Shown here: piece after piece, positions 51,399 through 63,122 of the stretch
How positions within the stretch are numbered: position 1 is the stretch's first letter
Layout: the number at the start of each line of letters is the position of its first letter
Assembly (NCBI GenBank): GCA_024679065.1
Contig: JAGIQG010000013.1
Location: forward strand, 50,344,001 to 50,408,000
Reading direction: 5' to 3'
DNA: 64,000 nucleotides
From: Sphyrna mokarran
Taxonomy: Eukaryota
Made by a program: the position numbers and the translations under genes
The notes under the pieces: generated by a model
What the model saw: only the letters and a program-made list of their open reading frames with translations
Databases searched by the model: none
What the model was told of the DNA's origin: nothing

Positions 51399-51805
51399 TA
51401 TCTTAGATGGTGTCTCATCTTGTGAGAGAAAATAATTCTTCCAATCTCAAGACTTTATCAAATCTGATCACTTTGTGATAATCGTTTAAATTGCATCACC
51501 AACTGTATTAAAAAATCTTAAATAAAGCAAGTTAATTTTCCTGAAGTGCTCAAAATTTTTATTGGTAAAACCACATTTGTTATTTGCTTAATCTCAAATG
51601 CACCATTGTTTGAAGATAGAATGATCAATGATGGAGTTATGACATAAATTATATCACAAATGCAGTACAACATTTTAATCGTCCATCCTCAACTTAAGTC
51701 ATGGTATGTGATTAACCGTGTTAATAATGCACATATGCTAAATGGGTACTGTGTTGGTAATTGTAATCAAACCTTTTCCTTTAGCACTTTGCTGATGAAT
51801 ATAGA

Positions 51806-51976
51806 AGCTTTTGCAAAGCCAGAAATGGATAGACATCATCAAAGTCATCTGGTAAACTTCTAAAGGCAGTATCAAGGTATGTCCCTCTCTTGCTGAAGCC
51901 AGGATTATCTCCAACAAAGTTTAATTAACTGAACTTCAAAATTCTGTTCCAAAATGTTAAAGAAAACCAGCTACTC
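51806..51976 (+). repeat. Left arm of about 170-bp diverged inverted repeat
   Basis: agcttttgcaaagccagaaa...aatgttaaagaaa matches the reverse complement of 53232-53399 (roughly 75-80% by eye). Confidence 0.9.
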
Positions 51977-52296
51977 CTGAGAAAGTAGATGGATCTCCAT
52001 TGCTTGTGTGATTTCTCAGCATATCCACAGTGATTTTTCTGTTTATTTTCAATCCCAACCACATTTTTAAGAGTAGATAATGAGGGATGAAAGGATCCCC
52101 TTTCTTCAGCTTTCTCAGTTGATCAAAATAAAAGTCTGTTAAAATTGCTTTTCCCTGGAAATGCCTTTTCCAATCCAAATGTATTTACTTTTTAGTAAGG
52201 AATCAATGAAACTAGGTTTTCTGTACTCAAAAAAAGAGCACATTGATGAGCTGCAAAGTCTGAGAAAAGAATGATAAAAGACATTATTCACACATG

Positions 52297-52300
<4 letters not shown>

Positions 52301-52330
<30 letters not shown>
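52301..52330 (+). repeat. (CA)15 microsatellite
   Basis: Directly visible. Confidence 0.98.
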
Positions 52331-52332
<2 letters not shown>

Positions 52333-52333
<1 letters not shown>

Positions 52334-53184
52334 GACCTGATTTTACCAAAAATTCAAAATTGCGGTAAATTCGGGCATTGGGCCTTTAACGTGATCTGCA
52401 CCTGAATCCGAGCAGATAGTGACTTTATTGACACCCGATTCAGATGCGGATCTGGTTCATACCCAAATCGGGTGGCCCATTTAAATTGCATTTAAATTGA
52501 TTTAATGAACCACGTGCCCAATTCTCCCACCAAATCCTACATTACCTTTTTCTGATCTGTCCCAGGTCCATGCTGTAAGTGACCTGCAAAATAAAAAATC
52601 TGAAGCCAATTTTTATTTTGTAGGGGAACCTGCGAAGCGGCTTGACAGCCTGCAATGGCTGTCTGATCCAAACCATCCTCGGGGGGCGGGGTGAGGAGGC
52701 AGGTTAGAGCATCCTTAGGAGTGGAGGGCAGGAGGAAGAGATGGAACAGATGTATCTTGTGGGGGGTTGGTAGGGAGGCAGCGAGAGAGCTGATTGTTGT
52801 CTGATGGTGGCGGGGAGGAATGGATCTCTGGTGGGGGGTGGGGCAGGGGTTTCTGCTGCCACTCTGCGGGCGAATCCCTCATCTTGGTTTTCTATTACTT
52901 TAATATATATAAGACATGAGAAATATACACTAGATGTCATTTAAAAATTGAATTGCTGAATTTATTCATAACTGTCAGAGCTTAGGCTCATTGAAGCATG
53001 TATTCATTTAGTTGGTGAAAATTAACACAGTGTCTCAGTAGGATCTGTTCCTCTGATGGGGGCAATCCACTGCACGGATTGGACCGGAGCCAGCTGAAAG
53101 TATATGGGCATGCTGCAAAGAGAATTCCAGACTTGGGTTTGTATCACGCCCGGATCTTAGACTCCAAATGGTAACATCGGGCCC
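52333..53184. mobile_element. MITE-like element with 15-bp imperfect TIRs
   Basis: GGACCTGATTTTACC ... GGTAACATCGGGCCC. Confidence 0.65.
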
Positions 53185-53231
53185 ATTGTCTTGCCTTGAG
53201 GCGTAGATTATTGAACGTGCAGCTATTGGAA

Positions 53232-53399
53232 TGTAGCCAACTTTCTTTAACATCTGGGAGTTGAATTTTGAAATTCAGGTAACAACTTTGTTGGAAACAA
53301 TCTTGGCTTCAGCAAAAGAGGGAAGTTCCTCGACACAGCCTTCAGAAGTTTATCAGATGACTTTGAAGATGTCTCTTCGTTTCTGGCTTGGCAAAAGCT
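53232..53399 (-). repeat. Right arm of about 170-bp diverged inverted repeat
   Basis: See 51806-51976. Confidence 0.9.
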
Positions 53400-56319
53400 C
53401 TTGTGTATTCCAAGAAAGGAATTTGATTAACATATCTTGCAATCATTGTTGGAGAACAAGTAATCACATTTTTGATCTTTCTTCTCAGGAATTTTTGTCA
53501 GATTCCAAGCTGGTAGAAACTAACAGCAGATGGGGTTATTTCCTCCACCATGTGGACTTTTGAGATTCTATTGCATGTATCTGTTCCCCCTGTCCTCAAT
53601 ATTGATTAACATCAGGGCAAGTCCTCAGTGTAATCCTTGGAGTTTTCCAGAAAAAAAATCTCCTTTACCAGACGTCACGTGGCAGTCATCTTTGGTCTGT
53701 GCGTTTTCTTAATTTTGTTTTAGAAAGGTGGTCTTTAAACAGTTAATTATGTATTTGATTAGCTGGTGAAGTTGTATCTCCCAAGTCACAACTTCCTGTT
53801 GTGGTGACAACATCAGATTGCACTCATAGCCTAATCAAATAACTGTAACAATTTTTATGTGCATTTCTTTATATGTTGGCTGTGAACAGAGCAAGGAATA
53901 AGGTGTCTTTGTAACTCTAATAAATTGTTTTCTCAAACAACCATTTTAGTTTCTAATTGCAAGCTAGATTTAGACACAATTCACTGTTTTAATGTTCTGA
54001 TTCTTTTATCTTTTCTGCATTCTCAAATGCAGAACTTCATCAGATGCTTCATAAAAATCAAAGCAAATTAGATTTACTAGGTAGTTTTTGTGATAATTTG
54101 ATCATTTTAAAGACTTCTGCTGGAGCTCAAAACATGATTTATTACTTCAGATGGATTAACTCCTCTCAATAAATGTGAGATCTATGTTACTGCAAAAAAT
54201 AATTAGTTCACAGTAAATCTTTTAATACATTGTTTTTGAAAGGTGAGATCGGTATTTCATGCTACCCAAGGTGAATATAGAAGAGATGAACAAAAATCCA
54301 TTCATGTAGATGAAGATGCCACAGATAAGCAAAGATAAATGTATTATGATGCCCTTTGAAACCAATTTCTTTCAGAAGGCGGTATGAATTTCCCAGTAAC
54401 CGAGAAAAAAGATTGCATGAGAAGATTTCATGTTTCAAGATTTTACTGTGAAGAACAAACTAAAATCAACACTGAGTAAGCATGACTTAGTAGCTGACTT
54501 GTACAATAAACTACACAAAAAATATTCCCTATTATCTTATTATTACAATCAAAAAACTCTACATCACTTTTATATATTACACAACACTGAGTAGAAATAT
54601 ATCCCATGGCAGGCAGCAACATGGCACTCTGGATGCTGGCAGTAAACCATGCCAAAATTTTGGCCCCGACCTAATGAATTATGCAGCTGGTTGTTTTGGG
54701 AATAATACATGGCAAGGCAGGTATGACGATGCAAATTTCACTGTCTAATCAGCATGCCATATTGAAAGAAGCCCGACATTACTGACCCACTATTGCAGAA
54801 AGAAGATGGACCTCCTGAAAATGAGGATGGATCTCTGGCATACTCTTGGACCCCCTGAGAAAGTAGATGGATCACCAGGAACATTCTGAAGCTGGAAGAG
54901 AAACCCTCTCCAGGAAATTGAATCTGGAAAGTCCATCTGCAGATGCTCTCCGCACCCACTACTGTGCTGTTCTGGGGTCCAGGGTTGTCAGTGGCCTCCA
55001 TCCTGAACTTAGGAGGTAGCCCCCGGCATTGTCCAGGTGAGTTCTGACATCTGCACAGTACGTTGTTCCAAACTTGTTTTGCACTGGCATGTTTGCCTGT
55101 TGGTACCCCAGAGAACTGAACGAGGATGGTTGGACCTTCAGCTGCATCCCCATTAACAGGATACAAAATAAGATTGCACCAACCTCCAGCGGATTCCCTC
55201 ACCTATGTAAGGTCCTGCAGGAAATTGCTGATGACATAAAACTGATTTTCGGACCTCCCGCTGAATTCTCTTCCCTTCGCCTACCCGCCACCTGCCAACC
55301 AATTAATCCATTGGCAGGATACGGGAGAATTCCACCCATAGTCTTCTGTTAAGTTCAAAATCTTTTCCTGGCTTTAAGTATATCATTTCACTCTGCCTAC
55401 AACTGTGAATCTTCCAGTGTCCTTCTAAACAAAGTCCAATCACTCGAGCTTCTGAGCATATTGCACAAGGCAATGCATCCATTTGGCAATCTTTGGTCGT
55501 GAACTCTCCACAAACTTTGTTTTGTCAAATAAGAGATCTGTCTTCACCAACACTCTGCTTAACCCAAGGTTACTCCTGTTGTGTGACTTGTTACCCAAAA
55601 GAGCTTTCTGGCTAATTTTGAGGAGGGAATTTTCTGGACCTTCTTGCCAGCTGGATCTTCCAGACACTCTGAAGGTAATCCCCCCCTATCAACTGCAGCA
55701 GTTCTGCGATGGTGAGGCAGGAGAGCCATGCAAAAGACAGTAAACTTTGACTGGATTGCAAGATCCTTCTACCACTTCTGCTGCAAGAAAATACGCCACA
55801 GAAGAAGGGTTGGAAAATCATGGCCTAAGATTCTTTGCAGCTAGAACAGCTATCACTTCTTGTGTATCCAAATGTTAAAATGCAAGGATTATTTTAACAT
55901 GTTTTGTTGTCGGCTCTGTCCTCATGGGCCAAACGACATCAGCTGGTCTTCAAGCTGGATTTGAAAGAAGTTACTTGGGCTTTACACTGGCCAAGTTTCA
56001 TCCCCCTCTCCAAACAACTCGATTTTACCTTGAATTATGAGAGACAATTTAGAATAAAGCCATAAATCTGGCAGTCATAACAATTGCATTATACAGCTGG
56101 AACAGAATTTTCAAAAATAACTCATGTCAACTTTTATTGGACCATGAGGCGGCATTCCAATTCCACTTTAACTTGATTACTTTTGTTGTTGCTGATGACT
56201 TGTTTGAGTGATTGTGAAATGCCGATTCAGTTTAATTCGCTTTGTGTATAACCATGAATCAGTGGGTTGATATTGATTGAAAGGTATCTATTAATTATAT
56301 CACTGGGTCATCAGTTGGA

Positions 56320-56547
56320 AGTTACTGAAATTCGAGTAATTGAAAAGAGAGAGCCTGTGAAATGTTAGTGCTCAGAAGCACCAGAGTATTTGAATTGCTG
56401 GAAGTTAACATGCAGGTACAGCGAGCTATTAGGAAGGCCAATGGTAAGTTAGTCTTTATTGCAAGGGAATTGGAGTATAAGAGTAATTAAATATTATTGC
56501 AATTGTACAGAGCTTTGGTGCATCTGGAGTACTATGTGCAGTTGTGG
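56320..56547 (+). mobile_element. CR1 ORF2 fragment
   Basis: QVQRAIRKANGKLVFIARELEYKS...LQLYRALV.HLEYYVQLW. Confidence 0.88.
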
Positions 56548-56605
56548 TTTTTTTTCACTCATTTATGGGATATGGGTGTTGCTGGCTAGACCAGCACTTA
56601 TTGCC

Positions 56606-56700
56606 GCTCTGACGGACAATCGTCCAGACTAAGATGTTGGCTGTGTTCTCTCTCCACAGTTGCTGTCAGACCTGCTGAGATTTTCCAGCATTTTCTGTTT
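56606..56700 (+). mobile_element. Penelope-like pLTR insert
   Basis: 8-bp TSD TTATTGCC (56598-605, 56701-708); tctctccacagttgctgtcagacctgctgagattttccagca. Confidence 0.82.
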
Positions 56701-57832
56701 TTATTGCCCATCCCTAGTTGCCCTTGAGAAGTTGGTGGTGAACAGCCTTTTTGAAGCACTACAGTCTTTGAGATACCAGTATACCTACAGTTGGGGAAGG
56801 AGTGCCATGATTTTTACCCAGCAATAAGTGAAGGAACAGTGACATACTTCCAAGTTAGGGTGATGAGTAACTTGGAGAGGAACATCCAATTGGTGGCATT
56901 CCCATGTATCTGCTGCCCTTGAGCTTCTTCTTTTTCTTGTCGTGATTGTGGGTTTGAAATATGCTGCCTAAGGAACCTTGGTGAGATTCTGCAGTGCAAC
57001 TTGTAGATGGTACACGGAGTTGCCACTGTCCGTTGGTGGTAGAGAGATTAAATGTTTGTAGAAGACGTAGCAATCAAGTGGGCTGCTTTGTCCTAGATAG
57101 TGACAAGCTTCTTAAGTGCTGTTGGGGCAACACTTATTCAGGATAGTGGACAGTATTCAATTACACTTTTGACTCGTGGCACGTAGATGGTAGAGAGGGT
57201 TTGTGAAGTCTGGAGGTGAGTTAATCACCATAGGATTCCTACTGTTTGACCTATTCTGGTAGCCACAGTATTCATATGGCTAATTCAGTTCAGTTTTTGG
57301 TCAATAGTAACCCTAAGGATGTTGATAGCAGGAGATTTAGCAATGATAATGCCATTAAATGTCAAGGAGCAATGGTTAGATCCTCTCTTGTTGGAAATGG
57401 ATCATACCTTACACTTGTGTGGCACAAATATTCTTTCCCACCTGTCAAACCAAGTCTGGATATTGTTCAGATCTTGCTGCGTTTGGACATGGACTGCTTC
57501 ATATCTGAGAAGTTGTGAATGATACTGAACTTGTGTACTCATCTGGGAACATCTCCACTTCTGACCTTATGGAAGGAAGGTCATTGATGAAATAGCTGAA
57601 AATGGTTGGGGCCAAACACACTATACTGAAGAACTCCTGCAGTGATGTCCCGGATTTGAGATGATTTAACACCAATCACCACAACTATCTTCCTTTGTGC
57701 CAGGTATGATCTCAACCAGCAGAGGCATTTCACTCTGATTACCATTGGCTCCAGTTCTGCAGGGTTTCCTGATGCTACACTTGGTCAATTGCTGCCATGA
57801 TGTTAATGGCAGTCACTCTCAACTCACCTCTG

Positions 57833-58051
57833 GGGAGTCAAATAGCTCTGTTGGCTGAATGGCTGGTGCATGATGCCACCAGTGAGGGTTCAACTCCCAT
57901 ATCACTGGGGTATTTATGAAGGACCCACCTTCTCAACCTTGTCCCTTGCCTGAGGTGTGTTGATCCTCAGGTTAAAATCACCACCAGTCAGCTTTCCAGT
58001 TGAAAAGGGAGATCAGTCTATGATCATCTAAGACTGTGGCAACTTTACTTT
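57833..58051 (+). mobile_element. tRNA-derived SINE nested in family B LINE
   Basis: 9-bp TSD TCACCTCTG (57824-32, 58052-60); tagctctgttgg A box, ggttcaactccc B box, actttacttt tail. Confidence 0.88.
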
Positions 58052-59691
58052 TCACCTCTGCCATTAAGCTCTTTTGTCCATGGTTGAACCAAGGCTATAA
58101 TGTGGTCAGGAGCTGAGTGACCCTGGAGGAAGTCAACCTGAGTGTCCATGATCAGGTTATTGATAACTAAGTGCTGCTTGATAACATTGTTGATGACCCC
58201 TTCCATCACATTATTGATGATCTAGAGTAAACTGACAAAATAGGTATTGGCGAGATTTGTCCTGTTTCACGTGTACAAGGCATACCTGTGGAATTTTCCA
58301 CATTGCCGAGTAGATGCCAATGGTGTAGGTGTGCTAGAACAGTTTGCCTAGGGGTGCAACAGGCTCTGGATCACAAGTCTTCAGCACTATTATTGGAATA
58401 TTGTCAGGGCCCATATTGTTTGCAGTATCCAATGTTTTCAGTTGTTCTTTGGCATCACTTGGAGTGAACTGAATTGGCTGGAGACTAACATCTGTGATGC
58501 TGGGGACCTCTGGAGGACATCAAGTTGGATCATCCACTTGGTGCCTCAGGCTAAGGTTATTTTGAATGCTTCAGACTTACTCTTTGCACTGATGTGCGGG
58601 CCTGCTCCATTCTGAGGTTGGGGATATTTATGGAACCTCCTCCTCCAATGAGTTTAATTATCCAGCATCAGATACATTGCATATGGCAGGACTATAATGT
58701 TTAGCTCTGGCCTGATGGCTGTGGGATTATTTAGCTCTGTCAGTTACTTGCTGTTTATGCTGTTTGACACACAGATACTCCTGTGTTGCAGCTTCACCAG
58801 TTTGACTCTTTTTTTAGTATGTTTGGTATTTCTCCTGGCATGCCTCCTGCATTCAGTGAACCTCAGTGTGAGGACTGGACTTTATCTGCTCAAGGATAGT
58901 GTGATAGTTCCCCTCTCTCCTCCTCCTCTTCCCCCAAGCTGATACTGTCATAGAAAGTTGCATCTGTTACTGGTATATTTCCTTGCCCATGTTTGACCGA
59001 GTGCCATGAGACTTCTTGGGGACCAGAGATGATGTTCGGTACTTCCAGGGCAACTGCCTCCCAATTGTATAGCACTGTACTGTCACTTCTGCTGGGACTG
59101 TCCTGCTGGTGACATAAAACTTATCCAGCAATGGTAATGGTGGTGTCTGGAATATTATCTGTAAGCGATGATTCAATGAGTATGACAACGTCAGACTGTT
59201 GCTGGACTAGTCAGTGAGATGGCGTTCTCATTTTTGGCTCAATTTCCATAATATTAGAAAGGAGGACTTTGCAGAATTGACAGGGCTGGGTTTGTCATGA
59301 TCTGTTGTGGTGCCTAGATCTATCCAGTTCTATTTGTAGCAGTTGAAAACAACTGGGTGACTTGCTAGGCCATTTCAGATGGCATTTAAGAGTCAACCAT
59401 ATTGCTGTGGATCTGGAGTCATATGTACATCTAACCAGGCAAGGGAATCAGATTTCCTTCCTGAAAGGGCATTCATGAATCCATGAAAAGGCATTCGGTT
59501 TTTATGACAATCCTTTTAATTCTAGATATTTTAAGGAGATTTTGAATTCCACCATTTTCCATAATGGGATTTGAACCAAGATCTCCAGGGCATTATTCCA
59601 GGTCTTTGGATTAATAATCAGGCAATAATACCATTGTCTAAATGCCTCCCCTCCTCCTTACCCAAGGAAGGATATATTTTGCTTAGGCTGT

Positions 59692-60013
59692 GGATGGCAC
59701 GGTGACAGTGGTTAGCACTGCTGCCCCACAGCACCTGGGACGTGGGTTCAATTCCAATCACTGTCTGTGTGGAATCTGCACATTCTTCCCATGTCTGCAT
59801 GTCTCCCATGTCTCTGGGACATGGTGCTCTGGTTTCCCACCACACTCCAAAAATGTGCGGGTTTGGTTGATTGGCTATGCTAATTTTACCCTAGTATCAG
59901 GAGGATTAGCAGGGTAAATACATGAGGTTGCGGGAGTGGGGCTGAGTAGGATTGTGGTCGGTTCAGTCTCAATGGGCTGAATGGCCTCCTTCAGCACTAC
60001 AGGAATTCTATGA
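59692..60013 (+). mobile_element. HE1/V-SINE with CR1-type tail
   Basis: ggcacggtgacagtggttagcac...gggctgaatggcctccttc...gaattctatga. Confidence 0.9.
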
Positions 60014-60029
60014 CTGGGTTAAGTAAAAG

Positions 60030-60410
60030 TCAATTTTTGATTGCCTGGATGAGAGATCTGTCCTGTGAGAAAAGACTGAGAATGGATCAAGAGTCTTTCA
60101 AATATAGAAGAACTGTTGGAGGGGCTAGAACAAGCCACAGATCTCAAGATAAGGGCCTGCTTATTCAATACAAGGGTGATGAAACACTTCCTCACTCAGA
60201 AGTTGTGAATCCTTGAAATTCTCCATTCCACAGAACGGTGGATGCTCAACGTTTTGAGTATAATCAGCATGGAGTTTAGTAGATTTTTGGGCACTAATGT
60301 GATGAATTATTATGAGGGTGGTGTGAGAAAATGGAGAACTTCAGCCGTAATCCTACTGAACGATGAAATCATGCAAGTGGCCCCCTGTTACCTCTTTGAA
60401 TATGTTTCTT
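60030..60410 (+). mobile_element. Decayed CR1 3' fragment
   Basis: MRDLSCEKRL, acttcctcactcagaagttgtgaatccttgaaattctc, cagccgtaatc. Confidence 0.7.
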
Positions 60411-60814
60411 TCCCTAGAATTCTTCAGATCCTTTAGTTGGATTCTAATCTACTTGGTGTTATTCCAGTTCACTTGACAGTGGCTAATTTTTCTGCAATGG
60501 AAATTAGATTACATGAGCAATTCAGATTGGTTATGTTTCCTATTATTACTAATATTTTCTGGGCTGTCAGTCACTTACATTTTGTATTAAAATGCATGTT
60601 TTCACGTCTTTCAGTGCAAATCCTCATAATTACTTGATATATTGAGAGATTAAATTTGGAATCCATGAAATTGGTTTAGCATGAATTTTACTGATATTCA
60701 TCATGGTGATTATGTGCAAGCTACTTTTAAGCTTATAATGTTTCGCATTAAAAACAAGTTTTCAAGAGGAAGTATATTATAATTGGTAATCCCTGATGAG
60801 GGAGGCTAGTGTGT

Positions 60815-61640
60815 GACTATAAACGATGAAGCTAAAGCATTTGCAGTTACCTCCATTCAAAAGTACCAAGTGAATCAATCTCTGTGTCATCTGATGTTCC
60901 CACTACCAAAGCCGTCAACAATTCAGTTCACTTTATGAGATATCAAGAAATAGCGAAGTGCACTGTAAACAGCAAAGGCTATTAGACCCTGACGACATTC
61001 CAGTACTACTGAAGACTTGTGCTCCAAACATAGATGGAACATTAGCCAGGCTGTGCTGGGACAGCTGCAACACTGGCATCTATATAACAAAATGGAAAAT
61101 TGGCCAGGTATGTCTGTCCACAAAAAGCAGAACAAACCCAATTTAACCACATGTGATATCAAGGAGCCCCAGCAAAATTGAAGTAAGTAGGAATAAATGG
61201 GAAAGTTGTCCACTGGTTGGAGTCAAATCTTGAAGAAAGGAAAATGGTTGGAGGCCGATCATCTGGACACCAGGATGCTGTTCGAGGAATTCACTGGAAT
61301 CGTGTCCTGGGCCCAACCATCTTCAACCACTTCATCAATGACTTTCCATTGTAAGGCTAGAAGTGAGAATGTTTGCAGATATTTGCAGCATTCAGTTCCA
61401 TTTTCAGCTCCCTAGTTCATGCTGCATACTGCAAGACCTGAGAATAGTTAGGCTTGGGCTAAGTAGCAAGTCACATTTGTGTCACATGTGCCAGCCATTC
61501 AGCACCTCCAATAAATGAGGATCTAAGCATCTTCATTTGACAATCAATGATATTGCCATCACTGGAACTCCCATCATCAACATCCTGGTCTGCTACCATT
61601 TCCTTAGAATCGAAATGGACCAGCCATATAAACATGGTTA
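60815..61640 (+). mobile_element. Family B LINE RT fragment
   Basis: PDDIPVLLKTCAP...NTGIYITKWKIGQV (ORF 60958-61146); gtcctgggcccaaccatcttc. Confidence 0.88.
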
Positions 61641-62054
61641 TGCCCATTAAAGGCATGTCATCTGAAAATACAAAATTTATTCAATATGGAATCTTTGAAA
61701 TTGACCATTTTAAACAAAAGGAATCAATGAACTGCAACAAGAGGTCAGATGGCCCAGTCTGTTATTCAAGGCATCAATTCAGTCACTAACTAACTCACTG
61801 TCTGATTGTGTCATAAACACATGTATTCACGATTCCACTTGAAAGTGCTAACTACTCATTTTCTGAAAACCATCAGACTATTGATGAAGAACTGGACATT
61901 TTATTGTCTACCAATGAGCTGATCAATGACTTGATCACTGAAAGAACAAAAGATGGATTAAGGGTTTCACACTTTGAGAAACCATAATTGATAATTGTTA
62001 GGAAGACAAAGATAGTTTTAATAGATCTATATTTGCATTGATAAACATTAGAAA

Positions 62055-63122
62055 TGTTCTAAGTATGTTTAATTTAATGCTGATGTGTGTGGAAGGATAA
62101 AATCTATAGTTAGATTCAAGCTAGATAAAGGTGTTTGTATGTGTTGGGGTTGGTTTCAATTCCAAATCTGATTCTCTGGTGCCTAAAAGAGGATTGCAGC
62201 ACTAAGAATGAATAGTAATAACTGGTTAAGTAGTAATTGAAAGTCCTTGTAAGGTAGGAACGCTTATCAGATTTAGTTTTAGTTGGACGTATTGGAGTTA
62301 GTGACATAACAACAGGAAAATAACATCTCTGAAAGACTGGACAGGACAAGAAAACGGCAAAGAGGCATGCTTCTAAGGAAGCAGTTACTGTCCAGATAAC
62401 CAGGGAATTGAGACAGAATTTCTTAAGATGACTGAAGCTAAGAGAACAGAGCCCAAGGTATTGTTCAGAAGAATTCAAGTAAAAGTGAACATGTTCTGAG
62501 TTAGAGAAAATTACAATAACCAGATTTAGAGTGGGAAAGCAGACTTCAGAGATAAATCAAAAATTTCATGCAATTTTAATACATCTGGGAATTGAGAATT
62601 AAAGCAGTTGTGAGCCATTTGTACAGCGGTCAGGGCAAAGAAATCAAAAGGGGATGGTGTAAAACTTGAACTGAATTTTCTGTTAAAAGTGGAGGTGAGT
62701 TCTGTTTAAAAGTGTAGTTAGACACAAGTAGAAGTACCAGTGCTATACTTTATGGTACCATCCACTATTTTGTGGGGCTCAATGATGCATGTTTGCTAAG
62801 ATTAGAAATTGTAACGTTATGGTAACATTAAGATAATCTATGATTTAATTCAGAGAAAATCTTTCAGAAGTGCTAAACCTCTGCAAATATTGAGCCAAGA
62901 GGCCAGTAGTAACATACCAGCACTGCAACTTTGCTATATTATTATAAGAAATATATATGGTCATTATTTATTGTTTTAAGGCATTTAACTATGGCTAAAA
63001 CCTCTTTAACTTTGATTAACTTGGATCAAAGTCAGAGTCAAGTCAGATTTTCCCCAGTTTAGGGTTGGGGGAGCGGTGACCTCATCATGAGTTTCATGGA
63101 GTTAAACATTCGAGTAGTGACA
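62055..63122 (+). mobile_element. Possible degenerate LTR
   Basis: About 1 kb non-coding stretch bracketed by TGT...GTGACA and followed by TTGGG (weak primer-binding-site-like); no TSD confirmed. Confidence 0.25.

Larger units (their letters stand above)
56548..59650 (-). mobile_element. Near full-length (internally deleted) family B LINE with tRNA-like 5' head
   Basis: 3' tail at about 56550, RT and EN remnants (e.g. ORF 58890-59075 GPQEVSW..VKHGQGN), then head 59340-59650 with B box GGTTCAAATCCC (reverse complement of 59566-77); two nested inserts. Confidence 0.88.
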
